From: an uncultured Anaerolineales bacterium | GTDB lineage: Bacteria > Chloroflexota > Anaerolineae > UBA1429 | Direction of reading: 5' to 3' | DNA length: 64,000 nucleotides | Assembly (NCBI GenBank): GCA_964567975.1 | Contig: CAZMOW010000001.1 | Span: 26,607 to 90,606 of the forward strand | Shown: positions 8,822 through 18,973 of the stretch, in pieces | Layout of the letters: each line of letters begins with the position of its first letter | Numbering within the stretch: the first letter of the stretch is position 1 | The notes under the pieces: generated by a model | Told to the model about the DNA's origin: nothing | The model's input: the letters and a program-made list of their open reading frames with translations, nothing else | Database searches by the model: none | Position numbers and translations under genes: made by a program

Positions 8822-11446
8822 GTGCAATGGTTCCGCATCCTGGTCATCGTTCTAGATATTTATCTTCTGGGCAGCCTGGGCGCGTGGTTCGCCCTGCGCT
8901 TTCTCCTCTGGCGTCTGCACAGATGGGATCTTTGCTCGAAGAGTAGTGAGGGGTACCTGCAAGAACTCGAGAGAGGGCTCGAACATCAGACCTGCCTATG
9001 GCCGGCACAGCCTCGACCGGGACGCTATCGCCAGGTGGATCAGGCGGCCCGCGAGGATCTAAAGGCCTTGAAACGGGTGGTCAGCCAAATCCAGGACCGA
9101 TGGCCGGTTGCAGCACCCCCTGTGTCGACCCCCATCGCCCTTTCGGAGGCTCTGCTTCTTCAGGCCTGGCCCCCTCTATGCAAAGCCTTTGTGACATGGC
9201 GGCAGTGTCGCCAGATACGGCAACTGCTAGACAGGGCGGAAGATCTTTTGGCCGCCTTGGGAAAAAGGGAAAAGCAAACACAGCAGATACCCGATAAGAC
9301 GCACGCGGCCCTGTGCGAGGTGCGAGCAGAAGCGCGCCGCATCGGCGTGCTCCTGGAGGCCGAGATTGAAGCCGGCACCACAGGACTGGAGGACGCTGAG
9401 CATCAACTGCAGACCATTCGTACAGAGATAGAACAGGGCCTGGACGCCCTTGCCAATCCACAAAGAGAAAACGTGGCCACGGCCGTCCATGAAGCGGATA
9501 AACTGATAGAAAGGATGACACCCCAGCTCGAGGAACTCGACGATTTTATGAACAGGACGGCAAGAGCTCGCAATAGAACCGACAACGTCGCTCAGCGCGT
9601 GGAAAGTAGCCTGGAGTTGGCACAGGAACGCTGGGAAAGCCTGAAAGCGCGGGGGGCGACAGAGCCCTCTGTCCAGCGAGAACTGGAAACTCTACAAAAA
9701 GCAGGCCGGGAAATCGCGCAGACGGCCGAGAAAAGGACCGTCAAGTCCTATCGACGGGTCACCAAAGATGTCACCCGCTTTGACGTGGCTTTCCAGGCCC
9801 TCTCGGAAAAGTTGGATCAGCTGGACAAGCTGATAGAAAAAAGCCGGGAGATCATCAAGGGAGATGTTCAGGCGCTGGCCCAGGCGCAGGCCAGGTGTGA
9901 CAAACTCCGCAAAAAGAATTCCCTCCTGGATCCAGACAAAAGTTCCAGGCTCATCGAAGAGGCCGCCAAGGCTTACCTGGAGGCCGAGCGACAGCGCAAC
10001 CTGGGAAGCATAGAAGGATATAAGTCAGCCATCGTCCTCTCCAAAAAGGCGGGACGCCGCCTGCGAGAGGCCACAGAGGCTCTGGACGCCCTTTTGGAAA
10101 AGAGCACCAGAATACACGATCTTCTCGATCAGCTCTCCTCCAAAGCCATCGGCGAATGGCACGAGCGCGTACACCGCCTGCGCGAGACGCTCCACGTCTA
10201 CACCCTTCACTGGGAAGGGGGCTTGGCGGAAAAGGTTGGAGAGGCTATCTCAAACCTGGAACAGATCTCCACGGATCTGGAACGGCTTCCCCCAGATGTG
10301 CGTTACGAGCGGGCCTTTCGACAGACAGAGTTGCCCGAGGCCCTAAAGATTCTAGCGCATGCCCATACCTGCCTGGAGAGGGCAAAAGAATCCATACATG
10401 ATCTGGAGCAGGAAAAACGGCATATCGCGTCACTACGCGAGGAACTCGACAGCGAGATGGAGACACTAACACAGGAAACGTGGCCGGACCTGGAAGGCAA
10501 AAAGGAACAGATGCTGCCAGAGGTGCGCGAACGCCTCGAAACGCTGCGGCAGGAATTCGTCACCCAAAGCCACAGGATAGAGACCCCCTCACAGGTCGAT
10601 TACCATAGGGCACACGAGGAATGGTTGCCCTCCCTGACCTCCCAGTTGGAAGAGATACTCGCGACACATAAGAACGATTTAGAACATTATCAGAGGGCGG
10701 CCCGGGAAACGGAAAAGACGCTCCAACGCACGTGGACGCGTCTGAACAAGATGCGCCCCTACGAACAACCCATGCCCCAAGAGGATATCGACGCCCTGGG
10801 CGCCGAACTTGAGAGCTGGCAAGCGGCGGTAGAGGCGAATGCCGAGAATCCGGCCGCACTGCGCACAGTGGTGGGACGCCGAGCCGCCGCCCTGCAGGAA
10901 CGGATGGAAAGCGCCCAGCGCCACATTCGCGAGGGACGGAGCAGATTGAAAGAACTGTCCAACGTCTATCAGCGCTCGATCAGAAGGATACGCAACCTGC
11001 GCGGCAGCATACGCGAGACCCAGGAAAACAACCAGTGGTCCCGCATCACATGGGAGACCAAAGACGCGCAGGACATATGGGAACAAGCCGTAGCACTAGA
11101 GCGACAAAGCGCGACGGCATCGACGCTCCGAGAAGCGAACAATCAACTTCAAGAGGCGGTCAATACGGCCCAAAAAGCCGAAGAGATGTACAAGCGTATG
11201 GGAAACCAGATGGAACGTGCCCTACGTCAATTGAACGACGAGCTACGCGCCGTGGAAAAGGGCCTTGACCGAGGGCGCGACCGCGCCCAGAATCTTGAGG
11301 AGGAAGGATTGCCCGACGAAGCGGCAGAAATCAGCCAGATCTGCGATCGCGCGGAACGCATAACAGAGATGGCAACGTCAGCCTCTACCTTTGAGGACGC
11401 CCTGAGACACCTGCGAGAAGCCCGGGATATACTGGCTTCCTTGTAG
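8822..11446 (+). CDS. N-terminally membrane-anchored giant coiled-coil protein (function unknown)
   Basis: One N-terminal TM helix (ILVIVLDIYLLGSLGAWFALRFLLW) is followed by about 830 aa rich in E/R/L/Q/A with heptad-like periodicity. I recognise no enzymatic motif. AGGAG lies 9 nt upstream of the GTG start. Confidence 0.7.
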   Translation: MQWFRILVIVLDIYLLGSLGAWFALRFLLWRLHRWDLCSKSSEGYLQELERGLEHQTCLWPAQPRPGRYRQVDQAAREDLKALKRVVSQIQDRWPVAAPPVSTPIALSEALLLQAWPPLCKAFVTWRQCRQIRQLLDRAEDLLAALGKREKQTQQIPDKTHAALCEVRAEARRIGVLLEAEIEAGTTGLEDAEHQLQTIRTEIEQGLDALANPQRENVATAVHEADKLIERMTPQLEELDDFMNRTARARNRTDNVAQRVESSLELAQERWESLKARGATEPSVQRELETLQKAGREIAQTAEKRTVKSYRRVTKDVTRFDVAFQALSEKLDQLDKLIEKSREIIKGDVQALAQAQARCDKLRKKNSLLDPDKSSRLIEEAAKAYLEAERQRNLGSIEGYKSAIVLSKKAGRRLREATEALDALLEKSTRIHDLLDQLSSKAIGEWHERVHRLRETLHVYTLHWEGGLAEKVGEAISNLEQISTDLERLPPDVRYERAFRQTELPEALKILAHAHTCLERAKESIHDLEQEKRHIASLREELDSEMETLTQETWPDLEGKKEQMLPEVRERLETLRQEFVTQSHRIETPSQVDYHRAHEEWLPSLTSQLEEILATHKNDLEHYQRAARETEKTLQRTWTRLNKMRPYEQPMPQEDIDALGAELESWQAAVEANAENPAALRTVVGRRAAALQERMESAQRHIREGRSRLKELSNVYQRSIRRIRNLRGSIRETQENNQWSRITWETKDAQDIWEQAVALERQSATASTLREANNQLQEAVNTAQKAEEMYKRMGNQMERALRQLNDELRAVEKGLDRGRDRAQNLEEEGLPDEAAEISQICDRAERITEMATSASTFEDALRHLREARDILASL

Positions 11447-11480
11447 AGGACGACTCGCTGTAAACCCTTCTTGTCAGCAC

Positions 11481-12113
11481 TTAATTCCGTGCCCTGCGTT
11501 CCTCTTCTCTGTCGGCGAGTACGGGAATGGCCTCCACCACAACCGGCAACCCGCGGATCAGGCAGAGGGCCAGGGCGATCCAGCTCGTGATATTAAACAC
11601 GAGAGAGCTTTTTGTCACCAATCCCCCGGAAACGGCCCCTCGCAAAGTATAGGCCTGTAAAGCATGGGTCGCCGCCAGGCCGGCAAAGGAGATGAGCTTG
11701 CTCGCACCATAGATGCCACGCATAAAAGAGCTGGCCACGAGCCACTTACCGACCCTTGTATGCATGGCACCAAAAGGCGTCTCACCCTCCCTGACGTGCA
11801 AACCGCGTAACGCGTCCACCACCGTACCACGCACAACGTAGACAAGGGGAATCACGACAGATATCAGCCCCAGATGGGCATAAACAACCCAGAGGACCAG
11901 CTCCACTGTCCTGTCCATCATGATATCCAGCACGCTTCCCAAGAGGGACGCCTCACCACGTGCCCGAGCCACTATGCCATCGAGGGAATCCATACCGATG
12001 AGCAAAAGAAGGAGAGGAACATTTAGAAGACGCAGCGTAGGGCCTGCGGAATACAGCAAAAGAACGATAGCGATCAACAACGGAAAACGGGCGATCGTGA
12101 TGAGATTAGCCAT
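11481..12113 (-). CDS. CDP-alcohol phosphatidyltransferase
   Basis: It carries the complete signature DSLDGIVARARGEASLLGSVLDIMMD (DxxDGxxARx8Gx3Dx3D) and is multi-TM. I moved the start to the ATG at 12113 (MANLITIARFPLL). The track N-terminal extension is Arg-rich junk that overlaps the RNase H gene. Confidence 0.85.
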   Translation of the reverse strand: MANLITIARFPLLIAIVLLLYSAGPTLRLLNVPLLLLLIGMDSLDGIVARARGEASLLGSVLDIMMDRTVELVLWVVYAHLGLISVVIPLVYVVRGTVVDALRGLHVREGETPFGAMHTRVGKWLVASSFMRGIYGASKLISFAGLAATHALQAYTLRGAVSGGLVTKSSLVFNITSWIALALCLIRGLPVVVEAIPVLADREEERRARN

Positions 12114-12147
12114 GAGGACCCTTTCTGAGCAACACAAAAGTTGAAAC

Positions 12148-13125
12148 CTATGCGTTCTTCTGCGCTTTTCTTTTCTGCATCTTTTCCGCCTCGCGACGTG
12201 CCGCCTGCGCCGCCCTTTGGCTGTAATCCCCCCTCGCGTCCCCAGGCAAAAAGTGCCACACGACGGCGTGCGCATCCATGACGCGGTCAAGTTCTTCCCA
12301 CTCTTTTTTGTTTTTCACCTGCTGCCCACCACGCGTCTGCCAGCCCCGCCGCCTCCAGACCGGTAACCAGCGCGTCGCGCCATGAAGCACATATTTGGAG
12401 AGGGTGTACACGTTGGCCCTGGAGCGCCCCTCCAGAGAGCGAAGCGCGGCGATCGCCGCCCACAACTCCATGGCATTGTTCGTGGTAGAAGGCCGCGCCC
12501 CCGAGACGACTTCTGACGCCTCACCACGCACGAGAACGGCAGCATAACCTCCCACCTGCATCTCGCATGCCTCCCCCTCCACGCTTAGGGCGCATCCCCG
12601 CGTATAGATATCCACCTGGGGTAGATTCTTCTCCTCCGCGGTCCCATCCTTTCCATGATTCATAGGATTGGAGGCCACCAATGCCCGCCGGGCCTCGGTA
12701 GCCAGCACATCGGCACGTTCATTGAAGGGGTTCCCAGCGTGCCCCCTGACCCAGCGCCACTCCACCCGATGCCGGCGCACCTCATCGGCCAGTTCACACC
12801 AGAGATCCCGATTCTCCACAGCGTCGCCACCCGATGTGCGCCAACCGCCCTCCTGCCAGGAAGCAAGCCATTCGGTGATCCCTCGGCGAAGGTACTGAGA
12901 ATCCGTATAAAGGGTCACTTCACAGGGACGTTTCAAGGTCCGCAGCGCAGAGAGAGCCGCCGTCAACTCCATGCGGTTGTTCGTCGTCGCCGCAGAGGCA
13001 CCGCTGATTTCCCTGGTGTGATCCCCGTAGAGCAATACAGCTCCCCATCCCCCAGGACCAGGATTGGGATCACATCCGCCGTCCGTATAGATCTCCACCT
13101 CAGGCCACACATCAGAGGAGGCCAT
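12148..13125 (-). CDS. rnhA: tandem RNase H protein (active RNase HI domain plus degenerate second RNase H-like domain)
   Basis: Domain 1 keeps all of TDGG, NNRMEL, TDSQY, GHAGNP and NERAD. Domain 2 keeps only NNAMEL. Its other sites read YTRGC, YTLSKY, LPGDARG and YSQRAA. Confidence 0.85.
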   Translation of the reverse strand: MASSDVWPEVEIYTDGGCDPNPGPGGWGAVLLYGDHTREISGASAATTNNRMELTAALSALRTLKRPCEVTLYTDSQYLRRGITEWLASWQEGGWRTSGGDAVENRDLWCELADEVRRHRVEWRWVRGHAGNPFNERADVLATEARRALVASNPMNHGKDGTAEEKNLPQVDIYTRGCALSVEGEACEMQVGGYAAVLVRGEASEVVSGARPSTTNNAMELWAAIAALRSLEGRSRANVYTLSKYVLHGATRWLPVWRRRGWQTRGGQQVKNKKEWEELDRVMDAHAVVWHFLPGDARGDYSQRAAQAARREAEKMQKRKAQKNA

Positions 13126-13179
13126 CTTGTCCCCGTTCTGCCCCTTTAGGAAACTCCTTCGAGAACCCTCCCATCTCTG

Positions 13180-14148
13180 CTAGAGAAGCGATTCCCACAA
13201 AAGGGCCACGCTCTCATGGGGTGCTCCCTCCTCGATCAGGGAAGCCATGCGGTCACGGCCGATCTTGTCCAAAAGCTTTTCGGCAAAAGACATAACTTTC
13301 AACGTCGTAACCTGAACCCCCAGAACGTCATCGCCGCTGCGCGTGAGCACGTCGTAGGCGAACCAGCCTTCCCAGTCCGCCCGCTGCAAGTAGTAAAGCG
13401 TCTCCAGCAGATCCCATACGTGAACGGAACCCGGGATCATGTCCCAATCCCAATCGCCACCGTTATCGTTGAAATGCATATAAAAGAGCTTGCCCGCATC
13501 GGCCGTGAGAGCAGCCGTGGCCGCTGGCGCCTCCTGGGCGATGAGTGCGTGCCCTACATCATAAGTGACACCCACGTTGGGCATTCTCACCTGATCACAT
13601 AGATACAGGGCCCGTCCCGTATCGGCGAGGATACAATAGTTCCGCGACTCTTTGATCTTGTATTCCAGGCTCACCCGTACATCATCCCGATGGTTTGCCG
13701 CCTCGCGTATACCCTCCACCAACCAATGCCACGCCTGCACATAGTCCGCCTGGAATGCATAGTTATGTCCATCTATCAGTGGGCAGCAGGTCACCATGTC
13801 AGCGCTCAGATCAGCGGCCAGATCCATACTGATCTCAAGATCGCGCACGGCCTCCGCGCGAATGGCAGGATCGCTGGAAGTAAAGGATCCCTCGCGCCAC
13901 TTGTCATCCCCCTTGACGTTCAAATTGACTGCCGACACGGGCCAACCCGAAGCCAGAATCCGCTCCCGACTCTCTGCAAGATCGCGAAATTCGGAAGGAT
14001 AGACGACCTCTATGCCATCGCAACCGGGAATCTCTTGCAGCATGTCGAGCCGCTCAGCCAGGGACCGGGATTCCGTGTAGGTGTGAAAACGGTCCCGCTG
14101 CTGCCCCAACAATCCCACCATGACGGCGTGTCGCACCTTCATAACCAT
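13180..14148 (-). CDS. sugar phosphate isomerase/epimerase (xylose-isomerase-like TIM barrel)
   Basis: The length and motif pattern (VSLEYK, DVGHALI, HFNDN) fit the AP-endonuclease-2/xylose-isomerase-like TIM-barrel family. Confidence 0.7.
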   Translation of the reverse strand: MVMKVRHAVMVGLLGQQRDRFHTYTESRSLAERLDMLQEIPGCDGIEVVYPSEFRDLAESRERILASGWPVSAVNLNVKGDDKWREGSFTSSDPAIRAEAVRDLEISMDLAADLSADMVTCCPLIDGHNYAFQADYVQAWHWLVEGIREAANHRDDVRVSLEYKIKESRNYCILADTGRALYLCDQVRMPNVGVTYDVGHALIAQEAPAATAALTADAGKLFYMHFNDNGGDWDWDMIPGSVHVWDLLETLYYLQRADWEGWFAYDVLTRSGDDVLGVQVTTLKVMSFAEKLLDKIGRDRMASLIEEGAPHESVALLWESLL

Positions 14149-14171
14149 ACTCCTCCCATCATCTCACCAGT

Positions 14172-15140
14172 TCATTGGGCCATGATATTGGCTAACTCGA
14201 ACAACTCCAAATCTATGGACTTTTGGCGTCCCACGACCTCCTTTAGCGGCGTGGTCACGATCTCATCGCCCCGAATGCCCACCAACTCCTCCCTTTCGTC
14301 GCGCAACAGAGCCCGCACGGCCTCCTCTCCCAGGCGCGTGGCCAGGAGACGATCTGCAGCCGTCGGCTTGGCACCGCGCTGCACATGCCCCAGAATTGTC
14401 ACCCGAAGCGCGAATCCCGTCTCGCTGGAATCGCTCAGGCAATCGTAGAGTTTGCGCGCATTGTTCTTCGCTCCCTCAGCGACCACCACCACGGCATCCC
14501 TTTTCCCCCGCTCATAGGCCGCCCGCAGTTCTTGCGCTACTTTTTCGGGAGGAATTTCCCGCTCCGGGATCACAACCACCTCAGCCCCTCCCGCAATCCC
14601 CGCCATCAACGCCACATAACCACACTTGCGCCCCATGGTCTCGACCAAAAAGGCACGGCGGTGAGAAGCAGCCGTGACCTTGAGGCGGTCGATGGCCTCC
14701 CGGGCCACGTTGATCGCCGTGTCAACGCCGATCGTGATATCTGTACCTTCCAGATCGTTGTCGATCGTCGAGGAAACTCCCATCACGGGATAGCCCATCT
14801 CGCACAGTTCGTGGGACCCGGCCTGTGAACCGTTGCCGCCGATAACGATCAGCGCCTGCACGTCGCGCCGACACAAGTTTTCCAGGGCCTTTTCGCGCCC
14901 CTCGAGGTTACGGAATTCCTCACAACGAGAGCTTCCCAAGAGCGTCCCCCCCGTCTGCATGATGCCCCCCACATCGCGGGCCGACAAAAAGGAGATATCG
15001 TCGTCGATAAGCCCCTGATACCCATCGTGCACGCCTAGAACCTCCAGCCCCTCTGATATCCCGACGCGCACGATGGCACGGATGGCCGCATTCATGCCCG
15101 GCGCGTCTCCCCCACTTGTCAGGACGGCAATTCGCTTCAT
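14172..15140 (-). CDS. pfkA: 6-phosphofructokinase
   Basis: MKRIAVLTSGGDAPGMNAAIRA, IGGNGS, TIDNDL and ETMGRKCGY are canonical PfkA motifs. Confidence 0.93.
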   Translation of the reverse strand: MKRIAVLTSGGDAPGMNAAIRAIVRVGISEGLEVLGVHDGYQGLIDDDISFLSARDVGGIMQTGGTLLGSSRCEEFRNLEGREKALENLCRRDVQALIVIGGNGSQAGSHELCEMGYPVMGVSSTIDNDLEGTDITIGVDTAINVAREAIDRLKVTAASHRRAFLVETMGRKCGYVALMAGIAGGAEVVVIPEREIPPEKVAQELRAAYERGKRDAVVVVAEGAKNNARKLYDCLSDSSETGFALRVTILGHVQRGAKPTAADRLLATRLGEEAVRALLRDEREELVGIRGDEIVTTPLKEVVGRQKSIDLELFELANIMAQ

Positions 15141-15248
15141 AGATGGGACGCTCCTCCGACGGATTAATCAGCTTCAAATCAATGACCATACCAAGATCAT
15201 TGTATCTGAGGAGCTTTCCCTGTCAACCATCGGATGTCAACTCTATTT

Positions 15249-15276
15249 TTGCCAAATCGGACAATTATTGTATACT
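15249..15276 (+). promoter_or_regulatory. sigma70-type promoter of the DUF58/transglutaminase pair
   Basis: TTGCCA (15249-15254), 16-nt spacer, TATACT (15271-15276). It is followed by an AAAGGAG SD and the GTG at 15302. Confidence 0.5.
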
Positions 15277-15301
15277 TTATGAAAAAGGAGCCGCTGACCC
15301 T

Positions 15302-16627
15302 GTGATTACAGTTTCCGTTCATTTGCGATCGTGGATTCCCGTCCTTGTGGCGGGCGTCCTCCTGTTCTTACAGATATTCTCCCCAGCTCCTCCCATCATG
15401 TCCGCCTTGTTCGTCATCCTACTGGTGTTATTCATCTCTTTTCTATGGGCGCGCCAACTTGCCAAAGGAATCACGCTCCATCGGCAACGGCGCTATGGGT
15501 GGGCCCAGGTAGGGGACATCATCGAGGAGCGCTTTATCCTGCACAATGATTCGTGGGTCCCCGTGCTGTGGGCCCGACTCCTTGACCGCAGCAATCTCCC
15601 GGGATATAACGTCGGCCGTGCCGTGGGACTAGGACCTCGCAGCTCGACCTATTGGAAAACGGAGGGGAAATGTACCCGCCGGGGCGTCTACAGACTCGGC
15701 CCTGCCGAACTCTCCACCGGCGACCCCTTTGGCCTTTTCAAACTCGTCCTGGAACATAACTATAGTGAGGAATTCGTCGTATATCCTCCCATCGCGGCCC
15801 TGCCAGACTTTTTACAACCGCGAGGGATGGCACGGGGCGCGGCGCGGGCCAACGTTCACAGTCTCGAATTGACCACCAACGCCTCCTCCGTGAGACCCTA
15901 TGTGCCCGGAGATGCCCTGAATCGCATTCACTGGGCCTCGACGGCCCGACGTTCCTTGCCGGGCAACGAGGAGATATTTGTCAAAGAGTTCGATCTGGAA
16001 CCCTCGGGCGACCTATGGCTCGTCCTAGACCTGGACGAGCAGGTTCATGCAGGAGAAGGAGAGGAATCGACAGAAGAGTACGCTGTTATCCTTGCCGCCT
16101 CACTGGCCAACGAGATGCTCCGCGCCAACCACGCCGTCGGTCTCATGACCTATATGCAAGAGCCCATCGTCATTCCCCCTCAAAAGGGACATGAGCAGCT
16201 GTGGGAGCTGTTGCGCGTACTGGCCGGCGCCCACGCCGAGGCACAGATCGACTTTCAGGAGCTGCTCGGTATTTTTGAGACCGTCATGGGCCGGGGCATG
16301 TCCGTCGCCTTGCTCACTCCCTCGGCCGATCCCAGCTGGATCAAGGGGATCAGCGCCATATTGCGCCATGGCATACATCCCACGGCCCTGCTACTAGATG
16401 GTCAAACCTTCGGCGGAGATGGAAATGTGCAAAGTATACGCGAGACATTGTCGGATCTTGGAGTACCTGGTCATATCATCGAAAAGGGTTTTGAATTCCA
16501 GCACATTGGACAGGAAAGGCAACAGCGTCCCACCTACAAGGTGCTTGGAACGGGTCGGGTGGTCGTGGCCAACGCCGGCGCGGAAGACGAGGCCGAATGG
16601 ATGCCCGTAGGACAGGGGAGAACGTAA
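15302..16627 (+). CDS. DUF58 domain protein (MoxR-associated, degenerate vWA-like)
   Basis: It has two N-terminal TM helices and the DUF58 core SVRPYVPGDALNRIHWASTARR...FVKEFD. I moved the start to the GTG at 15302, after the AAAGGAG SD. The track start at 15143 abuts the divergent pfkA start. Confidence 0.8.
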   Translation: MITVSVHLRSWIPVLVAGVLLFLQIFSPAPPIMSALFVILLVLFISFLWARQLAKGITLHRQRRYGWAQVGDIIEERFILHNDSWVPVLWARLLDRSNLPGYNVGRAVGLGPRSSTYWKTEGKCTRRGVYRLGPAELSTGDPFGLFKLVLEHNYSEEFVVYPPIAALPDFLQPRGMARGAARANVHSLELTTNASSVRPYVPGDALNRIHWASTARRSLPGNEEIFVKEFDLEPSGDLWLVLDLDEQVHAGEGEESTEEYAVILAASLANEMLRANHAVGLMTYMQEPIVIPPQKGHEQLWELLRVLAGAHAEAQIDFQELLGIFETVMGRGMSVALLTPSADPSWIKGISAILRHGIHPTALLLDGQTFGGDGNVQSIRETLSDLGVPGHIIEKGFEFQHIGQERQQRPTYKVLGTGRVVVANAGAEDEAEWMPVGQGRT

Positions 16628-16628
16628 G

Positions 16629-18932
16629 ATGACCTTGGCTTATAACAACGTGCAGAAAAGAAGCTGGCTTTTATATCTTTTGATCGCCTGTGCCATCCTT
16701 TCCCTGCCCCTTTCCATCAGAACTGCACGCTGGTTCCCTGTAGCCAATCGCCTCGTGTATGCCGCGCTGTGGGGCGCCGTGGCGGGCCTGGTGCTGGCAC
16801 GATCATCCCTGCCCCACTGGCTCGCCTGGTGCCTGGGCGTCCTCCTGGGCGTCGAATATGCGCTGATCTTTGCCGGTGAACTCCTTCCCGGCCTTCATAT
16901 AGTCTTTCAGGATCTGGAATACTTTTTTGGGGGACTCTGGCAGCTGGCAACACGGGGCTCCTTTGGTGCCCGTCCCCCTTTTGAGCGCTCCGCATCCCAC
17001 CTTGTGACTCAGGCGGGCGAGATGATCCAAAACCTCACAACCTGGATAGCGGCCATTCGAGCCGGCGAGGCCAGCAATGATACAACCACCCTCAAGATCC
17101 TGGGTGCCTTTGGCGTCTGGCTTGTCTCCTGGAACGCGACCTACGAGCTCTTCTCACGCCGCCGTGTATTCGGGGCGCTGCTTCCCCTGGGTATCATCAT
17201 CGTGGCCAACGCTTCCTACACGGGGGTCGGCCTCGCCTACGTGCACTTTTTCCTCTTTATCATGCTGCTCCTCCTCGTCCGTGGCAGTCTGGAGCGGATG
17301 GAGATATTATGGGAGAACCTGGGACTCGACTTTTCATACGAGCTGCGCCGTGACGCCACTTTTGTCGGGCTCCTACTCTCGGCCGCCATCCTGGCCATCG
17401 CTCTCCTGATGCCCTACATGACCTACAACCGGGCGGTATTCCTTTTCTGGGATCGCGTTGGCCCCGCCCTCGAGGACTTTTATGACGATCTCGATCGCGC
17501 ATTTGCAGGACGGAACCCGATTCCAGAGCCCACCCCCGGCGGACGGGGTCTGGGGGCTCATCCCATCACGTCGGGGGGTACCCTCACGGAGGACGTCGTG
17601 TTCATCGTGGAGACCAGCGACCCACCCCCTCCACCCGAGGAGGAGCTGATGATGCTGGAAGAACAGGGCCTGGCTCCCTTTGTTCCCAAGCGCTACTGGC
17701 GGGAGCGAACGTACGATTTTTATACAGGCCACGGCTGGGATAGCAGTGAGCGCAACACACGCACAATAGAGGCTGACAAAGCGTGGAAAGAGATACAATA
17801 CCCCCACGAAACTTTGACGCAAACCTTCAGGCTGCAGGACACATCGTTGAGTTTTGGCTTTGGTGTGAACGAACCCATCCGCGTGGACCAGGGCTATCAG
17901 GTCGTCACCAGAGGTGATGAGGATCTTGCAACCCTTTCCGTACAAGAGGACACTTTTACTGTCATCTCCCAGATGCCCGAGGCCACAGAGGAGGAACTGC
18001 GGACCGCCGAGGGGGGATATCCCGAATGGGTCAAAGAGCGCTATCTGCAACTCTCCGAGGACGTTCCGGAGCGCGTCCAGGAAGAAGCACAACGCGTCGT
18101 TGAGGAGGCGGGAGGCACAACCCGCTACGATAGAGCACGCGCCATTGAGGGCTATATCCGTCAATTCGAATACACGGAGGAGCTAGATCCCCCTTCTCTG
18201 GATACTGACATCGTCGACTACTTCCTGTTCACAGCCCAAAAGGGCTACTGCGACTATTCGGCCACGGCTATGGTCGTCATGCTCCGGACCCTTGGCGTGG
18301 CTTCTCGATACGCCTCCGGATACGGCATGGGCTATTACGACTATGCCAGAGGGGGATGGGTGGTGACACAGAAGAATGCCCACGCCTGGGCCGAGGTGTA
18401 CTTTCCCGGCCACGGGTGGATAGAATTCGAGCCCACACCCACCCAGTCGACCTTTTCGCGCGAGGCTGGTGATGCAGCGGCACCAGAACTGCCCGACACC
18501 GAACCCCAAGAGCAAGAACGTAACGGATCTCCCCTGCTTCTGTGGGCCGGAGGATTGCTCCTGGTGTTGCTCTTTGTCATCGTGTGGCCCCCACGGTGGA
18601 TCGGCGATCATAATGCCGATCCGCGTCAGGGAGTCTGGGGAATCTATGATAAACTCGTACGCAGAGCGCGCTGGGTCGGATTTGGCCCTCACGACGGGCA
18701 GACGCCCCGCGAGTACCTGAGCACTCTGGCCTCGCAGATAGAGAGCCACACAGATCTCGAAGCCCAAGCAGACATGGGTACGATACGGGAGGCCTACCTA
18801 AAGGCCCTTTACAGCGAGAGACCCATCAGCGAGCAAGAGTATCATCGCGTCACGGCAGCCTTTAAGAGAATCAGAGGCAAGTTGGTGCGCTTGATCTTTG
18901 CGGAACGTTCCCATACAACAGCACCCTCGTAG
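16629..18932 (+). CDS. multi-pass membrane transglutaminase-like protein with C-terminal DUF4129-like segment
   Basis: The N-terminal half is polytopic. The transglutaminase core reads GYCDYSATAMVVMLR...NAHAWAEVYFPGHGWIEFEPTP. The C-terminal motif is TPREYLSTLAS...YLKALYSERPISEQEY. Confidence 0.85.
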   Translation: MTLAYNNVQKRSWLLYLLIACAILSLPLSIRTARWFPVANRLVYAALWGAVAGLVLARSSLPHWLAWCLGVLLGVEYALIFAGELLPGLHIVFQDLEYFFGGLWQLATRGSFGARPPFERSASHLVTQAGEMIQNLTTWIAAIRAGEASNDTTTLKILGAFGVWLVSWNATYELFSRRRVFGALLPLGIIIVANASYTGVGLAYVHFFLFIMLLLLVRGSLERMEILWENLGLDFSYELRRDATFVGLLLSAAILAIALLMPYMTYNRAVFLFWDRVGPALEDFYDDLDRAFAGRNPIPEPTPGGRGLGAHPITSGGTLTEDVVFIVETSDPPPPPEEELMMLEEQGLAPFVPKRYWRERTYDFYTGHGWDSSERNTRTIEADKAWKEIQYPHETLTQTFRLQDTSLSFGFGVNEPIRVDQGYQVVTRGDEDLATLSVQEDTFTVISQMPEATEEELRTAEGGYPEWVKERYLQLSEDVPERVQEEAQRVVEEAGGTTRYDRARAIEGYIRQFEYTEELDPPSLDTDIVDYFLFTAQKGYCDYSATAMVVMLRTLGVASRYASGYGMGYYDYARGGWVVTQKNAHAWAEVYFPGHGWIEFEPTPTQSTFSREAGDAAAPELPDTEPQEQERNGSPLLLWAGGLLLVLLFVIVWPPRWIGDHNADPRQGVWGIYDKLVRRARWVGFGPHDGQTPREYLSTLASQIESHTDLEAQADMGTIREAYLKALYSERPISEQEYHRVTAAFKRIRGKLVRLIFAERSHTTAPS

Positions 18933-18973
18933 CATCGAGAGACAAGCCTGGAGAAAATCCGATCACGATGTTT

